The position numbers and the translations under genes were made by a program. A stretch of 64,000 bases of DNA. Source: an uncultured virus (IMG/VR IMGVR_UViG_3300046534_001004) (lineage: Duplodnaviria > Heunggongvirae > Uroviricota > Caudoviricetes). Positions 26,751 to 36,823 of this stretch are shown piece by piece (the first letter of the stretch is position 1; each line of letters starts with the position of its first letter). Below the pieces are notes generated by a model, which made no database searches, had not been told where the DNA came from, and saw only the letters and a list, made by a program, of their open reading frames with translations. The stretch lies in the IMG/VR virus record IMGVR_UViG_3300046534_001004. The stretch is one strand, 5' to 3'.

Positions 26751-28021
26751 TATAGTAGTACTCCAAAGTGGTTAAACAGTTGATCTTCAACTTTTGTTTT
26801 CATTGCTTGCGTCGCAGTTCCCTGGACTGCTTCTGTCTCGCAATTCCCATTTGCAAGATCGATCACACGTTGAGCCACCGTTTTCCGTTCAAACAATGGC
26901 AGAAGTTCTTGGTTCGCCTCTATCATAGGTTGGGCTGTCTTGATAGATTGGTTTCCAGTTTCCAGAACGATTTCAGCATACTCTTGGGCATCAGCATTTT
27001 CTGGAATGGCGATGTAGTGTTCACCAGCTTGGAACAACTCAGAACCCATGCCTTTTTGACGAGCGACAACCACGCAGCCTCGAATCATCGCATCTACAAC
27101 TACGCGGTTAAAGTGACCGCCAACCTTAGAATAATTGTTTGACCAGGATGGATCAACAAGCACTCGAGATTCACCGAGATAATTGTCAACTTCAGTTTTG
27201 TCCCAGTAATCATGGTGGGTCATACCATTGTCGACAGCGGAGTCCCAGAACTTTGTTCCATTATCGTGGAAATAAGCGTCTTTGCACTTTTCCTCGCTGG
27301 TCATGTAGCGATACTCGATGCCCAAGCCAGCGACTTCACGCATCTCATCCGCTTCTTTGCTGGGCATATAGCGGATAGCTTCAACTAGCTCATGAGCATG
27401 TTTCCACGCTTTGAAAGTTTGCATGTTTACAAAACCACGAGATTTCCAATCCCATCTAGCATAAGGACGAACAGGATTTTCTTGTGGGTTTAAGATCAAT
27501 GCTCGTGGGACGTCCGCAAAGGCTGCACCGTTGAGGGCGCAAGGATGAACACAGGCAAGGCCAGAAAGTTTATCCTGAATAGCCAGCAGATGTCCTGCCC
27601 CTTTCACTGCGTTACCGTCGTGAACAAACGCAATTTGTTTGGTGGTAGATGGAAGATCATACAATTCAGGCCAGTCATCGTTACCTAGATTGTCTTGGTT
27701 TTTGCTTGGAACAGGCATGGTCCAGATGATGAGGTCATACCCACTAAGAATTTGTTTCGCACCACTAAGGTGAGCTCCACCGCGATAAGGGATGCGATTT
27801 GTTTTTGAAAAGTTCCAGCCTTTACCTTGATGATGAGGGATACCGCTTGGTCCGAAAGACCAGTCTGCAGTTTTGCGTTGGTCTGGTGCTTGGAACGACC
27901 ATACGAGTTCTTTAAGCTGAACTGTGTGACCTAGTTCTTTAAGACCACCAATCAATTGTTCGGTGTGATCGATAATACCACCGAGGTCCATGCACTTGTG
28001 AAGTGCGACTAATATCTTCAT
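26750..28021 (-). CDS. GT-B fold glycosyltransferase
   Basis: N-terminal MKIL...GGIIDH..QL..GLKELGH.V; FVHD; C-terminal VDPS...HFNRVVVDAMIRGCVVVA; GGAG RBS. Confidence 0.7.
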   Translation of the reverse strand: MKILVALHKCMDLGGIIDHTEQLIGGLKELGHTVQLKELVWSFQAPDQRKTADWSFGPSGIPHHQGKGWNFSKTNRIPYRGGAHLSGAKQILSGYDLIIWTMPVPSKNQDNLGNDDWPELYDLPSTTKQIAFVHDGNAVKGAGHLLAIQDKLSGLACVHPCALNGAAFADVPRALILNPQENPVRPYARWDWKSRGFVNMQTFKAWKHAHELVEAIRYMPSKEADEMREVAGLGIEYRYMTSEEKCKDAYFHDNGTKFWDSAVDNGMTHHDYWDKTEVDNYLGESRVLVDPSWSNNYSKVGGHFNRVVVDAMIRGCVVVARQKGMGSELFQAGEHYIAIPENADAQEYAEIVLETGNQSIKTAQPMIEANQELLPLFERKTVAQRVIDLANGNCETEAVQGTATQAMKTKVEDQLFNHFGVLL

Positions 28022-28076
28022 TTGGGTTGTCTCCAACAGGTTATGTTTAACCACCATAGCGGCAGAGGGCGCAAAA

Positions 28077-28093
28077 GACAAGTGCTAGTTGTC
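28077..28093 (-). promoter_or_regulatory. GACAA-N7-TTGTC operator/promoter upstream of the glycosyltransferase operon
   Basis: Minus strand GACAACTAGCACTTGTC; TTGTCT-17-TATGGT. Confidence 0.7.
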
Positions 28094-28106
28094 GCCCTCT
28101 TCCAGA

Positions 28107-29012
28107 TTATTTAGGTGCTTTGTACCGAGACCTTGGTCGTCCTTGGCCCAAACGGACACGCTCATACTTGTCAAACTCACAAAGTTGGAACTGCACATCG
28201 TGAAGGCACATCTCGATATCTGGAATGAATTTGTCACGCTCAAACCATAGCTTCCAGATAACAGAGAACGCTTGATCTTCTTTCAGAGGTTTAGCAGTTT
28301 CGTCCCCGAGTGCACGAGCCGCACCACGTCTTGCTCCTGGACCAATAGGCGTCCAATCATTCCAGTCAGTTGGGAAAGAGAAACTTCCGTCGGGACCACC
28401 AACATCAGGTTCATTCCAGAAATTAGTGTAAGTAGTATCTAGTAAGATCTCTTTGGTCATGAAGCCAGAGCCACCGAAGCCATTGATCTTCCGCATCTCA
28501 GTGGCAACTTTCTCCCAGCTTTGAGTTTCCTTAGCTATCTGGCACAGGAAAACAGTTTTCTTTTGAAGAGCCTTGAGGAAATAATCAACTACTACTTCTT
28601 GTTTTGGAGCAGAGATACCTTGGTTCGTGATAACATAGGCACCGGTGAAGACTCGCTGTTTGTTTGCTAGCCGGTCTTGAGCAAGTTCTTTGACTTTATC
28701 CCAATGACCTTCGTGCATATCATCGAAGTTTGTCCACCCTACACACTCTGCAAATTCGTATGTTCCAAAATAACGGAACGTCGCAGCATTCATAAGAATA
28801 GTTGCAGGATCAGCATCGAATTTGGAAGTGTAGAACAACCCACGGAGGACGTTGCTGGTTCGGTCATGATGTCTATGAACATTGGTGAATTTGTAATCCC
28901 TCAAGATCTGGTCTTCAGTCCAGGGAAATGGCAAATCCGCCAGCTTTCGCAGGCGGATCTGTTCGCGTTCCTCAACAAAGCTGAAGAACGCTTGTGTCTG
29001 AAATTCAGACAT
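28107..29012 (-). CDS. 5-hmdU DNA kinase, helical type (aGPT-Pplase1 family)
   Basis: EEREQIRLRK...PWTEDQILRDYKFTNVHRHHDRTS; FTGAY; GFMTKEILLD; IGPGARRG; QFQLCEFDKYERV. Confidence 0.85.
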   Translation of the reverse strand: MSEFQTQAFFSFVEEREQIRLRKLADLPFPWTEDQILRDYKFTNVHRHHDRTSNVLRGLFYTSKFDADPATILMNAATFRYFGTYEFAECVGWTNFDDMHEGHWDKVKELAQDRLANKQRVFTGAYVITNQGISAPKQEVVVDYFLKALQKKTVFLCQIAKETQSWEKVATEMRKINGFGGSGFMTKEILLDTTYTNFWNEPDVGGPDGSFSFPTDWNDWTPIGPGARRGAARALGDETAKPLKEDQAFSVIWKLWFERDKFIPDIEMCLHDVQFQLCEFDKYERVRLGQGRPRSRYKAPK

Positions 29013-29734
29013 TATTCAGCAGCAGCTTTCGCAGCTTCTTTTTCAGCTTTCGCATCAGCCTTGGCTTTGACAGCAGCTTCACGCTCGGCGATTTTCGCAA
29101 GTTTCGCAGCTTCGCGTTCTGTTTTCTTGACAGCAGCAGCTTCGTCACGCTCAACTTTCGCTTTTGCTCGTTCGGCAGCAGCTTCAGTTTTCGCCGATTC
29201 AGGATCAGTCAGACCGTGCTTCGTATACCAAGCCGCTTTGCGAGCAATGAACTCTTCCGCAGTTGGTTCGGTGATGGTCATGATGCCTTGTCCAGTCCAG
29301 CTATAGACGTCCCACGGCTCTGTGCCTTCTTTTTCAATGACGTCGACAATAGTCATGCCATCAGTGTAGTTCGGCCAGCGATGCGTCCGCCCCTGAGTGC
29401 CGTCGTGTTCGCCAGTTTTGGTGATGGTTGAAAACATTTTCTGGTTCGGACGTTTGACCGTCTTCGCCTCAGCCGATTTGGCCAGACCGCGCTCTTTGGG
29501 TTCAGCTTTGACTTTCGGCTTTGTTTCTTTCACTTTCGGTGCTTCAGAAGCTTTGTTGTGGCGCAGGAGCGCTTTCCAAGTCTGAGCAGCACCAGCGGCT
29601 TGATCTTTGAAACCTTTGACTTCTGCCACGTTGAGGCTCACAGCCACTTCATTGCGCAGTACCAAAAGGTCTTCAATTGACAGTTGAGCCAAGTCTGCCT
29701 CGGCGTATTCTGTCTCGTTAAAGGTAATGTTCAT
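29012..29734 (-). CDS. Hypothetical protein with Ala/Lys/Glu-rich C-terminus
   Basis: GGAG RBS; start at MNITF. Confidence 0.75.
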   Translation of the reverse strand: MNITFNETEYAEADLAQLSIEDLLVLRNEVAVSLNVAEVKGFKDQAAGAAQTWKALLRHNKASEAPKVKETKPKVKAEPKERGLAKSAEAKTVKRPNQKMFSTITKTGEHDGTQGRTHRWPNYTDGMTIVDVIEKEGTEPWDVYSWTGQGIMTITEPTAEEFIARKAAWYTKHGLTDPESAKTEAAAERAKAKVERDEAAAVKKTEREAAKLAKIAEREAAVKAKADAKAEKEAAKAAAE

Positions 29735-29849
29735 ATCATTTCTCCATTTATCTGATATCAAAAGTTGCCTCAGTTTGGGCATAGTTAAACCTAACTTATT
29801 CCCATATCCGAGGCAACCCTTAATTGTCCAGTAAAGACAAATAGTTTAG

Positions 29850-31715
29850 TTAGTCTGCACAGGCACCAGTTTTTCTGCCGAACTCGTCTAAAGTACAGGA
29901 CCCACCAGTATCTTCAACTTGAACATCCTCATCAGCAGATTTGATAGGCTCGTCGTAGTTACCTGCTGGACGATACGTTGTCAAACCTTTGGCACCATTT
30001 TCCCAAGCAGACATATAGATGTTCTTGAACTCGTCGTATGGGAAGTCAGAAGGAACGTTGCACGTCTTAGAGACTGCGCTGTCGCTCCACTTTTGGGCAG
30101 TACACAGAACGGCTACGTGTTCATCAGCAGTGATGTTTCCATTAGTTACAGTGCGACCCTTATGCCCAAGAACAGCAACGCCGTAGTCAGGTATCTCTAC
30201 TGTCTGAACACCAGATGTCATGATGACATTACGTTTCTGCTTGTAGGCAATAACAGGTTCTACACCAGACGATACGTTGTCAGCGTAAAGCGAGATAGTA
30301 CCAGTCGGCGCAATGCTAGTCAAGTGACTGTTGCGAATACCATGCTTTTTGATGAGATCGATAGTTTCTGGCCAAAGAGTACTGACAAACTTTGAAGCAA
30401 GATAACGAGTCTCATCATATAGTGGGAAAGCACCTTTTTCACCAGCGAGAAGAGCTGATGCCTGATAACAGTGATTCGCAATGAACTCACCAAGACGATC
30501 TTGAAATTCAATGAATCCAGGAGTTCCGTAGGGCATACCCATAGCTTCGAGAGCGTTTGCTAGACCAGTTTGACCGAGACCCATGCGACGTTTCAAGTGA
30601 GCTTCTAGACGTTGCTCAGGAAGAGGGTAGCGGCTCCGATCAATTACGTTATCCATAGCGCGCACAACGTTCGGAATATCTTTTGCAAGAAGTTCCCAAT
30701 CGAAAGCCCATGAACCATCAGGTGTTTTGTAAAGATATTTAACCGCGTTGAATGAACCCAAGAGGCAAGCACCATAGGGAGGAAGAGGTTGTTCACCGCA
30801 TGGGTTAGTCGCTGCAATTTTCTCACAATAGTACAGGTTGTTCATCTCGTTGATGCGATCAATGAACAGGACTCCAGGTTCTGCCCAATCGTAGGTGCCA
30901 CGCATGATCATGTCCCACAAAGCACGAGCATTGACTTCGCGGTAATTAACACCGTTAAATTTCAATGTGAACATACTGTCTGATTTGACAGCTTCCATCA
31001 ATTCGTCAGTTACAGCGACTGATAAGTTGAAACCTCGGAGAGGACGCATATCCCAAGGAATATTTGGATCACTTACCTGTTTTGCACGAATGAACTCTTC
31101 AATATCAGGGTGATCACACCGGATAACCATCATTTGTGCGCCGCGACGATTACCTGCTGATGAAGTGGCTTTGCAGATTGCATCATAGATACCAGCAAAC
31201 ATCATAGGACCATCTGTGGTTGAGTCTACACCCTTGATGATATCACCTGATGGTCGCAATGTTGAGAAATCGTAACCAACCCCACCTCCCTGTCGCATAG
31301 TCGTAGCTGCCAACTTAGCTACGTCCATGATGCTTTCTGGAGCGAAGCCCTTGTGGTTAGAGAATTTGAAAACAGTCATGTCCCCAACAAGAGAGTCGAT
31401 GTATTGTTTGCGCTCTTCACCAGTGGGGCCATCAACGAAGCTGTCATGGATTGTCGGCATGACAAAGCAATTGAACAGAGTTACATTCTTTAGAGAACCT
31501 GCTCCAGCTTGCACTCGACCAGGAGGCCTGAACCGCTGATCCATAGTGCATTCTCGAAATGCCATATAATGTTCGTGATTGTCTTGAAGAAAAGCAGCTA
31601 CTCGATTCGTCGCTTCTCTGTAGTCTTCGTTTTTGCCTCGGTATTTTTCTGCACCGACAGCATCGCAGTGTGGGTTTTGTGGACCAACCATTCGTCGTTT
31701 CTCCTGAGTTCGCAT
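29850..31715 (-). CDS. nrdJ: Class II (B12-dependent) ribonucleotide reductase
   Basis: NCFV, GGGVGYDFS.LRP, RRGAQM, TNPCGEQPL, IAPTGTIS, KGLTTYR; no small subunit gene seen. Confidence 0.9.
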   Translation of the reverse strand: MRTQEKRRMVGPQNPHCDAVGAEKYRGKNEDYREATNRVAAFLQDNHEHYMAFRECTMDQRFRPPGRVQAGAGSLKNVTLFNCFVMPTIHDSFVDGPTGEERKQYIDSLVGDMTVFKFSNHKGFAPESIMDVAKLAATTMRQGGGVGYDFSTLRPSGDIIKGVDSTTDGPMMFAGIYDAICKATSSAGNRRGAQMMVIRCDHPDIEEFIRAKQVSDPNIPWDMRPLRGFNLSVAVTDELMEAVKSDSMFTLKFNGVNYREVNARALWDMIMRGTYDWAEPGVLFIDRINEMNNLYYCEKIAATNPCGEQPLPPYGACLLGSFNAVKYLYKTPDGSWAFDWELLAKDIPNVVRAMDNVIDRSRYPLPEQRLEAHLKRRMGLGQTGLANALEAMGMPYGTPGFIEFQDRLGEFIANHCYQASALLAGEKGAFPLYDETRYLASKFVSTLWPETIDLIKKHGIRNSHLTSIAPTGTISLYADNVSSGVEPVIAYKQKRNVIMTSGVQTVEIPDYGVAVLGHKGRTVTNGNITADEHVAVLCTAQKWSDSAVSKTCNVPSDFPYDEFKNIYMSAWENGAKGLTTYRPAGNYDEPIKSADEDVQVEDTGGSCTLDEFGRKTGACAD

Positions 31716-31718
31716 TTG

Positions 31719-32963
31719 TTACCTTTTCATTCTAACGACAGCTACATCATCTGCTGCTCTGGTTATCGCAGTATAGAGCCACCGCCATTTATCTTTGCGG
31801 AAGCAATTACTCTCGTCGAAGACGCAAACGCTGCGCCATTGTGAACCTTGTGATTTGTGACAAGTCAACCCATATCCATAGGCAAATTCTTGAGCTTCTC
31901 GCTTTTCATACCAAGCGAGTTTTTCTTCTGTTCCTAGGAAATGGTGTTCGTGGGCTGATATCTCTATTGAGGCCATATTGTCTTCTGGGTGCATAGACAT
32001 AAACACTTTTTGGTCTAAGACCGCAGTGACATCAGATACCTCGAAGATAGCCCCGTTTAACAACCCTAGTTCACTATTGTTTCTAAGGCAAACTAATCTG
32101 TCACCGATCACAGGGTATTTATCTTCAATCCCTTTTAGCTGACGAAGTTTGTTGTTAGTGAGACGCCGTGTGGTATTCTTACCTACAAGAATCTGATCAA
32201 AAGAAAGCATTGTTTCAGGCTCTAATTTTGTTCCCTCTGGGTAGACCGCGCAATTATCACCGTAGTCACCGATTGTCAAAGCTATCTGGTTACGAGTCTC
32301 TGTTGCCATACGGATGATAGGGCTTTCACCAGCTTGTCTGTGGATATCTGTAAGCATGACATCTGGCTTTACGTTCTCAGTGAAGAACCCAGCACCGCCG
32401 ACTGGAGGTAGTTGTGCAGGATCGCCCAAAACGAGGACAGGAACACCAAAAGACAGAAGGTCTTTGCCCATGCGCTCATCGACCATAGAGCATTCATCAA
32501 TGATAATAAGGGCGGCTTGACGTATTTCACTTTCAGTGTTCAACACGAAAAATGGTTGTTCTGAATTATCGCTCTCGGCTTTCACATCTGATCGAAGACG
32601 TCGCACTTTTGGGTGATCATCTATGAAATCAGCTTTCAAGTTTGCTGCTGATAATTCTTTGATTAAGTTCTCTAGTTCTAGTTCGAGCTGAACTAATCTT
32701 ACACGACTTTTGTCTCTGCTGTGATAGATCAAGCTGTGGATAGTACAGGCGTTTTCGCAACCTTTTGATCGCAGGACGTGAGCGGCTTTGCCTGTGTAAG
32801 CTGCGAATATAACTTCGCCATCGATTCCTTCGGCTAGGTGTTTTGCAAGTGTGGTCTTACCTGTTCCTGCATACCCAAAGAAGCGGAAAACTTGGGTATC
32901 TCCATAGTTTATCCACTCGTTAACTTTACTTAGAGCATCGTTTTGTTGGTCATCAAATTTCAT
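31719..32963 (-). CDS. RecD/Dda-like SF1 helicase
   Basis: GYAGTGKT, IIDECSMV, GDPAQLPPV, HRQ, TCHKSQGSQW, YTAITRA. Confidence 0.92.
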   Translation of the reverse strand: MKFDDQQNDALSKVNEWINYGDTQVFRFFGYAGTGKTTLAKHLAEGIDGEVIFAAYTGKAAHVLRSKGCENACTIHSLIYHSRDKSRVRLVQLELELENLIKELSAANLKADFIDDHPKVRRLRSDVKAESDNSEQPFFVLNTESEIRQAALIIIDECSMVDERMGKDLLSFGVPVLVLGDPAQLPPVGGAGFFTENVKPDVMLTDIHRQAGESPIIRMATETRNQIALTIGDYGDNCAVYPEGTKLEPETMLSFDQILVGKNTTRRLTNNKLRQLKGIEDKYPVIGDRLVCLRNNSELGLLNGAIFEVSDVTAVLDQKVFMSMHPEDNMASIEISAHEHHFLGTEEKLAWYEKREAQEFAYGYGLTCHKSQGSQWRSVCVFDESNCFRKDKWRWLYTAITRAADDVAVVRMKR

Positions 32964-33042
32964 TGTTGGGCCCCCTAAAGAAGTTCGGAGGGCAGCGTTG
33001 GGAGCGCCACCCTCCAGTGATATACCGTTTAGTCAGCCCGAC

Positions 33043-33903
33043 CTAGAACGGCATATCATCGTCGGTGTCTGCACCCGAGCCACCACTCGAGGAGTCACCC
33101 GACCCCTGATCCGTGACCTTACCTTCAGTTTCAGTGGCCGCTTTGACCAATCCACCTTCGATCATTTCACGGAATTCACGTGCCGCAGTCAGCATCAACA
33201 TACCAGCTTCATCTGGCTTGATAAGAGAACTGATCCAAGTATCTCCAAACGGACGGATCAACAAGTTGAAGAAACTCTTGCCTTTCGCAGTTTGTTTAGT
33301 GGTTGATACTTTTGCACGGTTAGCCATCAAAGGTGGAGCACCCTTGATCGTATACATAGAAGTCCACCAGTCTTTCTGCACTTTGATCTTAGTGCTAGAG
33401 AATGGAAGAACACAATACCCGACGGTCTCTGTTCCAGTTTCATCAAGGATAAGACAATAAACATAGTGTGTTTCTATCAAATCCATACCTTCTGGAGTTT
33501 TGAACGGCATACGTTTTCCATCTGCATCTGCCGGAGGAATTCGTGACCCACCATTTTTCTTGAGCACTGCCAGGACAATAGCAGAACCATCTTCGTGTGA
33601 ATCACCGCGACCACCGCCTTTGGTACGGGGAACCCATTCAGCCCAAAGGTGGTCTTTGTGGATAGGCTGCACGATGAAAGGTTGCTGTACGACTTCACCG
33701 GTCACAGAGTTCACAAGATCACCTGATTTGATGTTGTTGTCCTCGTCCTCAACCAAAACTGAGTTGCTTTGCATAACAGAGATAAACGGAATGGAAAGGT
33801 CTGTGACTTTTACGCCTTCAAAACCTTCGTGTTTTGCATCACCGTAGTCGTAATTGCCGACTGCTTGTGTTTTTTCTTCAGCTTTCGCTACTTCTTTTGC
33901 CAT
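33043..33903 (-). CDS. Putative ssDNA-binding / replication protein
   Basis: DLSIPFISVMQSNS motif and acidic DDDMPF C-terminus. Confidence 0.6.
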   Translation of the reverse strand: MAKEVAKAEEKTQAVGNYDYGDAKHEGFEGVKVTDLSIPFISVMQSNSVLVEDEDNNIKSGDLVNSVTGEVVQQPFIVQPIHKDHLWAEWVPRTKGGGRGDSHEDGSAIVLAVLKKNGGSRIPPADADGKRMPFKTPEGMDLIETHYVYCLILDETGTETVGYCVLPFSSTKIKVQKDWWTSMYTIKGAPPLMANRAKVSTTKQTAKGKSFFNLLIRPFGDTWISSLIKPDEAGMLMLTAAREFREMIEGGLVKAATETEGKVTDQGSGDSSSGGSGADTDDDMPF

Positions 33904-34083
33904 TTGGGCTATTCCTTAGGTCGTTAGAGTTTGATGGGACTTTATATTCTGGCAGTCCCTGGACCAGTAGTATAACTGAGAGGACGATTAGGCCTCCATT
34001 CGTTTCTCACTTAACATGTCAATTCATGTCCGCCTTTTTGATCAGCGCCTTACGCAAGAGAAATTGCATACTTCATGCTCCAG

Positions 34084-34632
34084 TTATTCCTTCACCTTGG
34101 CAACTCGTTGGCGGAAAATACCAAAGGTATCTCTGGGTAATTCTACGCCTTCCCCGAGTTGCTCTTTCACCCATGCGTTGAGAGTTGCATGGTGAACGGT
34201 ATGATTTTCTTTCACAACCAAAGGCAACTTGCGACGCCTTAGATCTGCTGCGAATTTCTTAAATGCTTTGTCTTCTCCTTTAGAAAACTCAACAATAATT
34301 TGACGTTTCGGAAGATTTCCGTATCCGTTTGCATCCAACCAGTTAATAGCAGGAACACGTTTGTCACCAGCGATAGAGGAACGGATGTCTTCTTTAACTT
34401 CGAGTATCCGGCCATCTTTGAGAGTAAGTTTACCGTTCATGCCTTCTGTAGCGGCTGGAATTCGTTGCTCGGCGATATCTTTGCGAGCATCTTTAGCTTT
34501 TTCGAGAGCTGTCTCAAGCTCTAGTATTAACGCATCTGATTCTTGTAGTTCATCTGCGAGTTGCATCAACACAACTTCAAGATTTCCAGGAATAGCATCA
34601 TCTTTGAATGCGGCGTATGGGTCATCTGTCAT
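34084..34632 (-). CDS. Conserved phage replication-region protein
   Basis: WLDANGYGNL.K and VHHATLNAWVKEQ motifs. Confidence 0.7.
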   Translation of the reverse strand: MTDDPYAAFKDDAIPGNLEVVLMQLADELQESDALILELETALEKAKDARKDIAEQRIPAATEGMNGKLTLKDGRILEVKEDIRSSIAGDKRVPAINWLDANGYGNLPKRQIIVEFSKGEDKAFKKFAADLRRRKLPLVVKENHTVHHATLNAWVKEQLGEGVELPRDTFGIFRQRVAKVKE

Positions 34633-34692
34633 GGTTATATCCTTGGGCTGTTAGTTTGCTCAACTTAGCCCAAGTGGCCGCAGGTGACAACA

Positions 34693-35031
34693 TCAAAATA
34701 TCTTTGAGACAATCTCAGTGTACTCTCCATGTCGTCCGCTCCATTGTAAGAACTTCACTCTACCTTCATTGTAATGAGCAGCGACAGCGGTAGATATTCC
34801 TATTAATCCCGGATTACCAATAAGAAGAAGGAAGTCATCGTCGTTGAATCCAGACAGCTTATTGTGGATATTACCGAGAATAAGTTCAGGGTTGAAAGGG
34901 TGAGCAGAAGGAGAGAGGACATAGACAATATTCCCCCACTTTTCGGCTTTGAAAATTGAAGGGAAGCGTGGAACTAACTCACGCTTATCCCCATCAAATT
35001 TCATCTGTTGTTGAATTGCAAATACAGTCAT
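34693..35031 (-). CDS. Conserved hypothetical protein
   Basis: AEKWG.IVYVL...DDFLLLIGNP; start moved to MTVFA. Confidence 0.65.
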   Translation of the reverse strand: MTVFAIQQQMKFDGDKRELVPRFPSIFKAEKWGNIVYVLSPSAHPFNPELILGNIHNKLSGFNDDDFLLLIGNPGLIGISTAVAAHYNEGRVKFLQWSGRHGEYTEIVSKIF

Positions 35032-35035
35032 GAGA

Positions 35036-36505
35036 TTAGATCCATTCTTTCCATTTGTCGCCTTGGATTTCCACTGCGACGTCTCTTTTGTTTCTGAGAT
35101 TGTCAACAATGTGGCTATCAACAGTATCATTGGCTACGATGTCAATATAGTTCACTGGATGCTCGTCCATTCCAGCGCGGTGGCATCGGTCTTCAGATTG
35201 CAGTCTGTCAATCAGGCGGAAGCTGTTAGAGTAGTAGACCATGTTTTTCGCTTGAGTTAGAGTGAGTCCTGGTCCACCCTTCTGGGCTGTTCCAACAAAC
35301 CATTGAGCGTCTCCAGCTTGGAAAGCTAGTTTATTACGCTCGGCAGTATCATCATCAACTGATCCATCGTAACGCACAGCGTCTTTGCCCAAGAGGTCCA
35401 TCAGTTGGTCCACGTCGTGGGTGAACCGCGCCCATACAATAGTCGGTTGAAATGTCTGATCACGGATATCTTCCATGACTGTCAATCGAGGATTCTTTTC
35501 AGAGAACATGTGAACTGGTTCGTCTTCACCGACAGGAACATAGTTACAAGCGATCTGTTGAAGTCGAAGCAGTTTAACGATTGGAAGTTCAGCGGTGATA
35601 ACCTCTTCACCAATTTCAATCATGAGTTCTTCATCAAGTTCTTTGTATGCTGCTTTCTGAGCAGGGCTCATATCAAAATAACGCTTGGAGTATAGTTTCG
35701 GAGGAAGATCAAGCACATCGTCTTTAAGTACGCGATCCGTTATTTCAGTCAACCACTTACGCAGCAGATCAATGTTCTGGTACTCGAGAAGCTTGTCATA
35801 CCCAGGATCGTAACCGTGCAGTTTCTGGCAATCAGCGCGGGTGAACCATCGCCCAAAGAACTGACGAAACTCTACTGATCCGTGGATTCCTTTGTTTTTC
35901 CAGAAGTACTCGTCAAGGAAACGAATTTGACTATAGAGGTCGAATGGTCCGACAGCCACGGGAGTTCCGGTAAGGATACGGCGATAGTCAGCATATTTGC
36001 CAGAAGCGACAACTGACTTGGTACGTTTCGCGTTGGGAGCTTTGACATTGTGGGCTTCGTCAAGGACATACAAGCATTTCCGCTTCTTTAGAAATTTCCA
36101 AACAAAGTCCTTTCCTTCTTTTGTCATGAACGCATTGTAGCTGATGAGAAGAACAGCGAGACCGTCCCATTGAATCAGAGCTTCCATAGATCGCTTGTGA
36201 GCTTTGGTGTTTTTCTTGGCTGTGAGAAATACTGATACCATAGTGTCGAACACATACTCTGGAGGCATATGCTTTGGAATTTCATCTGTGTTCCAGTTGC
36301 GTTCAACCCCAGGAGGAGCAACAACTACTAAAGCATCTATCTTTTTGTTTTCGTACAGAAAGCAAGCTGTGTCAATAATAGGCTTTGTTTTTGCAGTTCC
36401 CTGCTCCCAAAGTAAACCCCATGACTTTTGCTCTACGTGTTCTGCGAGGTGACTGAGTTGATGATCAAACGGCTTGACTGTGTGAGGGTAATCTTTGATA
36501 TCCAT
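35036..36505 (-). CDS. SNF2-family helicase
   Basis: EQGTAKT, VLDEAH, ILTGTP, QSEDRCHRAG. Confidence 0.92.
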   Translation of the reverse strand: MDIKDYPHTVKPFDHQLSHLAEHVEQKSWGLLWEQGTAKTKPIIDTACFLYENKKIDALVVVAPPGVERNWNTDEIPKHMPPEYVFDTMVSVFLTAKKNTKAHKRSMEALIQWDGLAVLLISYNAFMTKEGKDFVWKFLKKRKCLYVLDEAHNVKAPNAKRTKSVVASGKYADYRRILTGTPVAVGPFDLYSQIRFLDEYFWKNKGIHGSVEFRQFFGRWFTRADCQKLHGYDPGYDKLLEYQNIDLLRKWLTEITDRVLKDDVLDLPPKLYSKRYFDMSPAQKAAYKELDEELMIEIGEEVITAELPIVKLLRLQQIACNYVPVGEDEPVHMFSEKNPRLTVMEDIRDQTFQPTIVWARFTHDVDQLMDLLGKDAVRYDGSVDDDTAERNKLAFQAGDAQWFVGTAQKGGPGLTLTQAKNMVYYSNSFRLIDRLQSEDRCHRAGMDEHPVNYIDIVANDTVDSHIVDNLRNKRDVAVEIQGDKWKEWI

Positions 36506-36550
36506 GTTTGCTCCTTTTCTAATTGCACGTTAACCCAAACGGGTAAAGGT

Positions 36551-36567
36551 GACAACATCTTTGACTC
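36551..36567 (-). promoter_or_regulatory. Promoter of the replication operon (half-site of the TTGTC family)
   Basis: TTGTCA-17-TAACGT on minus strand. Confidence 0.55.
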
Positions 36568-36680
36568 TACTGACTTCACTTATGAAACTTCGCTTGACCC
36601 CAAGTGAGGGCATCTCAACCCTTTGTTTTTATTATATTTATTTATCATTGACTCTACTTACTTTACTGACTTTACTAAAA
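36561..36680. other. AT-rich element with TTGACTCTAC / TGACTT repeats (candidate replication origin)
   Basis: TTGACTCTAC at 36561 and 36648, A/T-rich core ~36622-36647. Confidence 0.4.
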
Positions 36681-36823
36681 TATAACCCCAGCTAAACACA
36701 GCAACCCCAGCGGTTTACAAACTAGGGGTGGCAGGGGTGCAAGTAAAGTCAACGATAATCTTTGCAGCAATAACAGCAACATAGAAAACAACGATGACTT
36801 TACTTGGCTTCCCTAATAGTATT

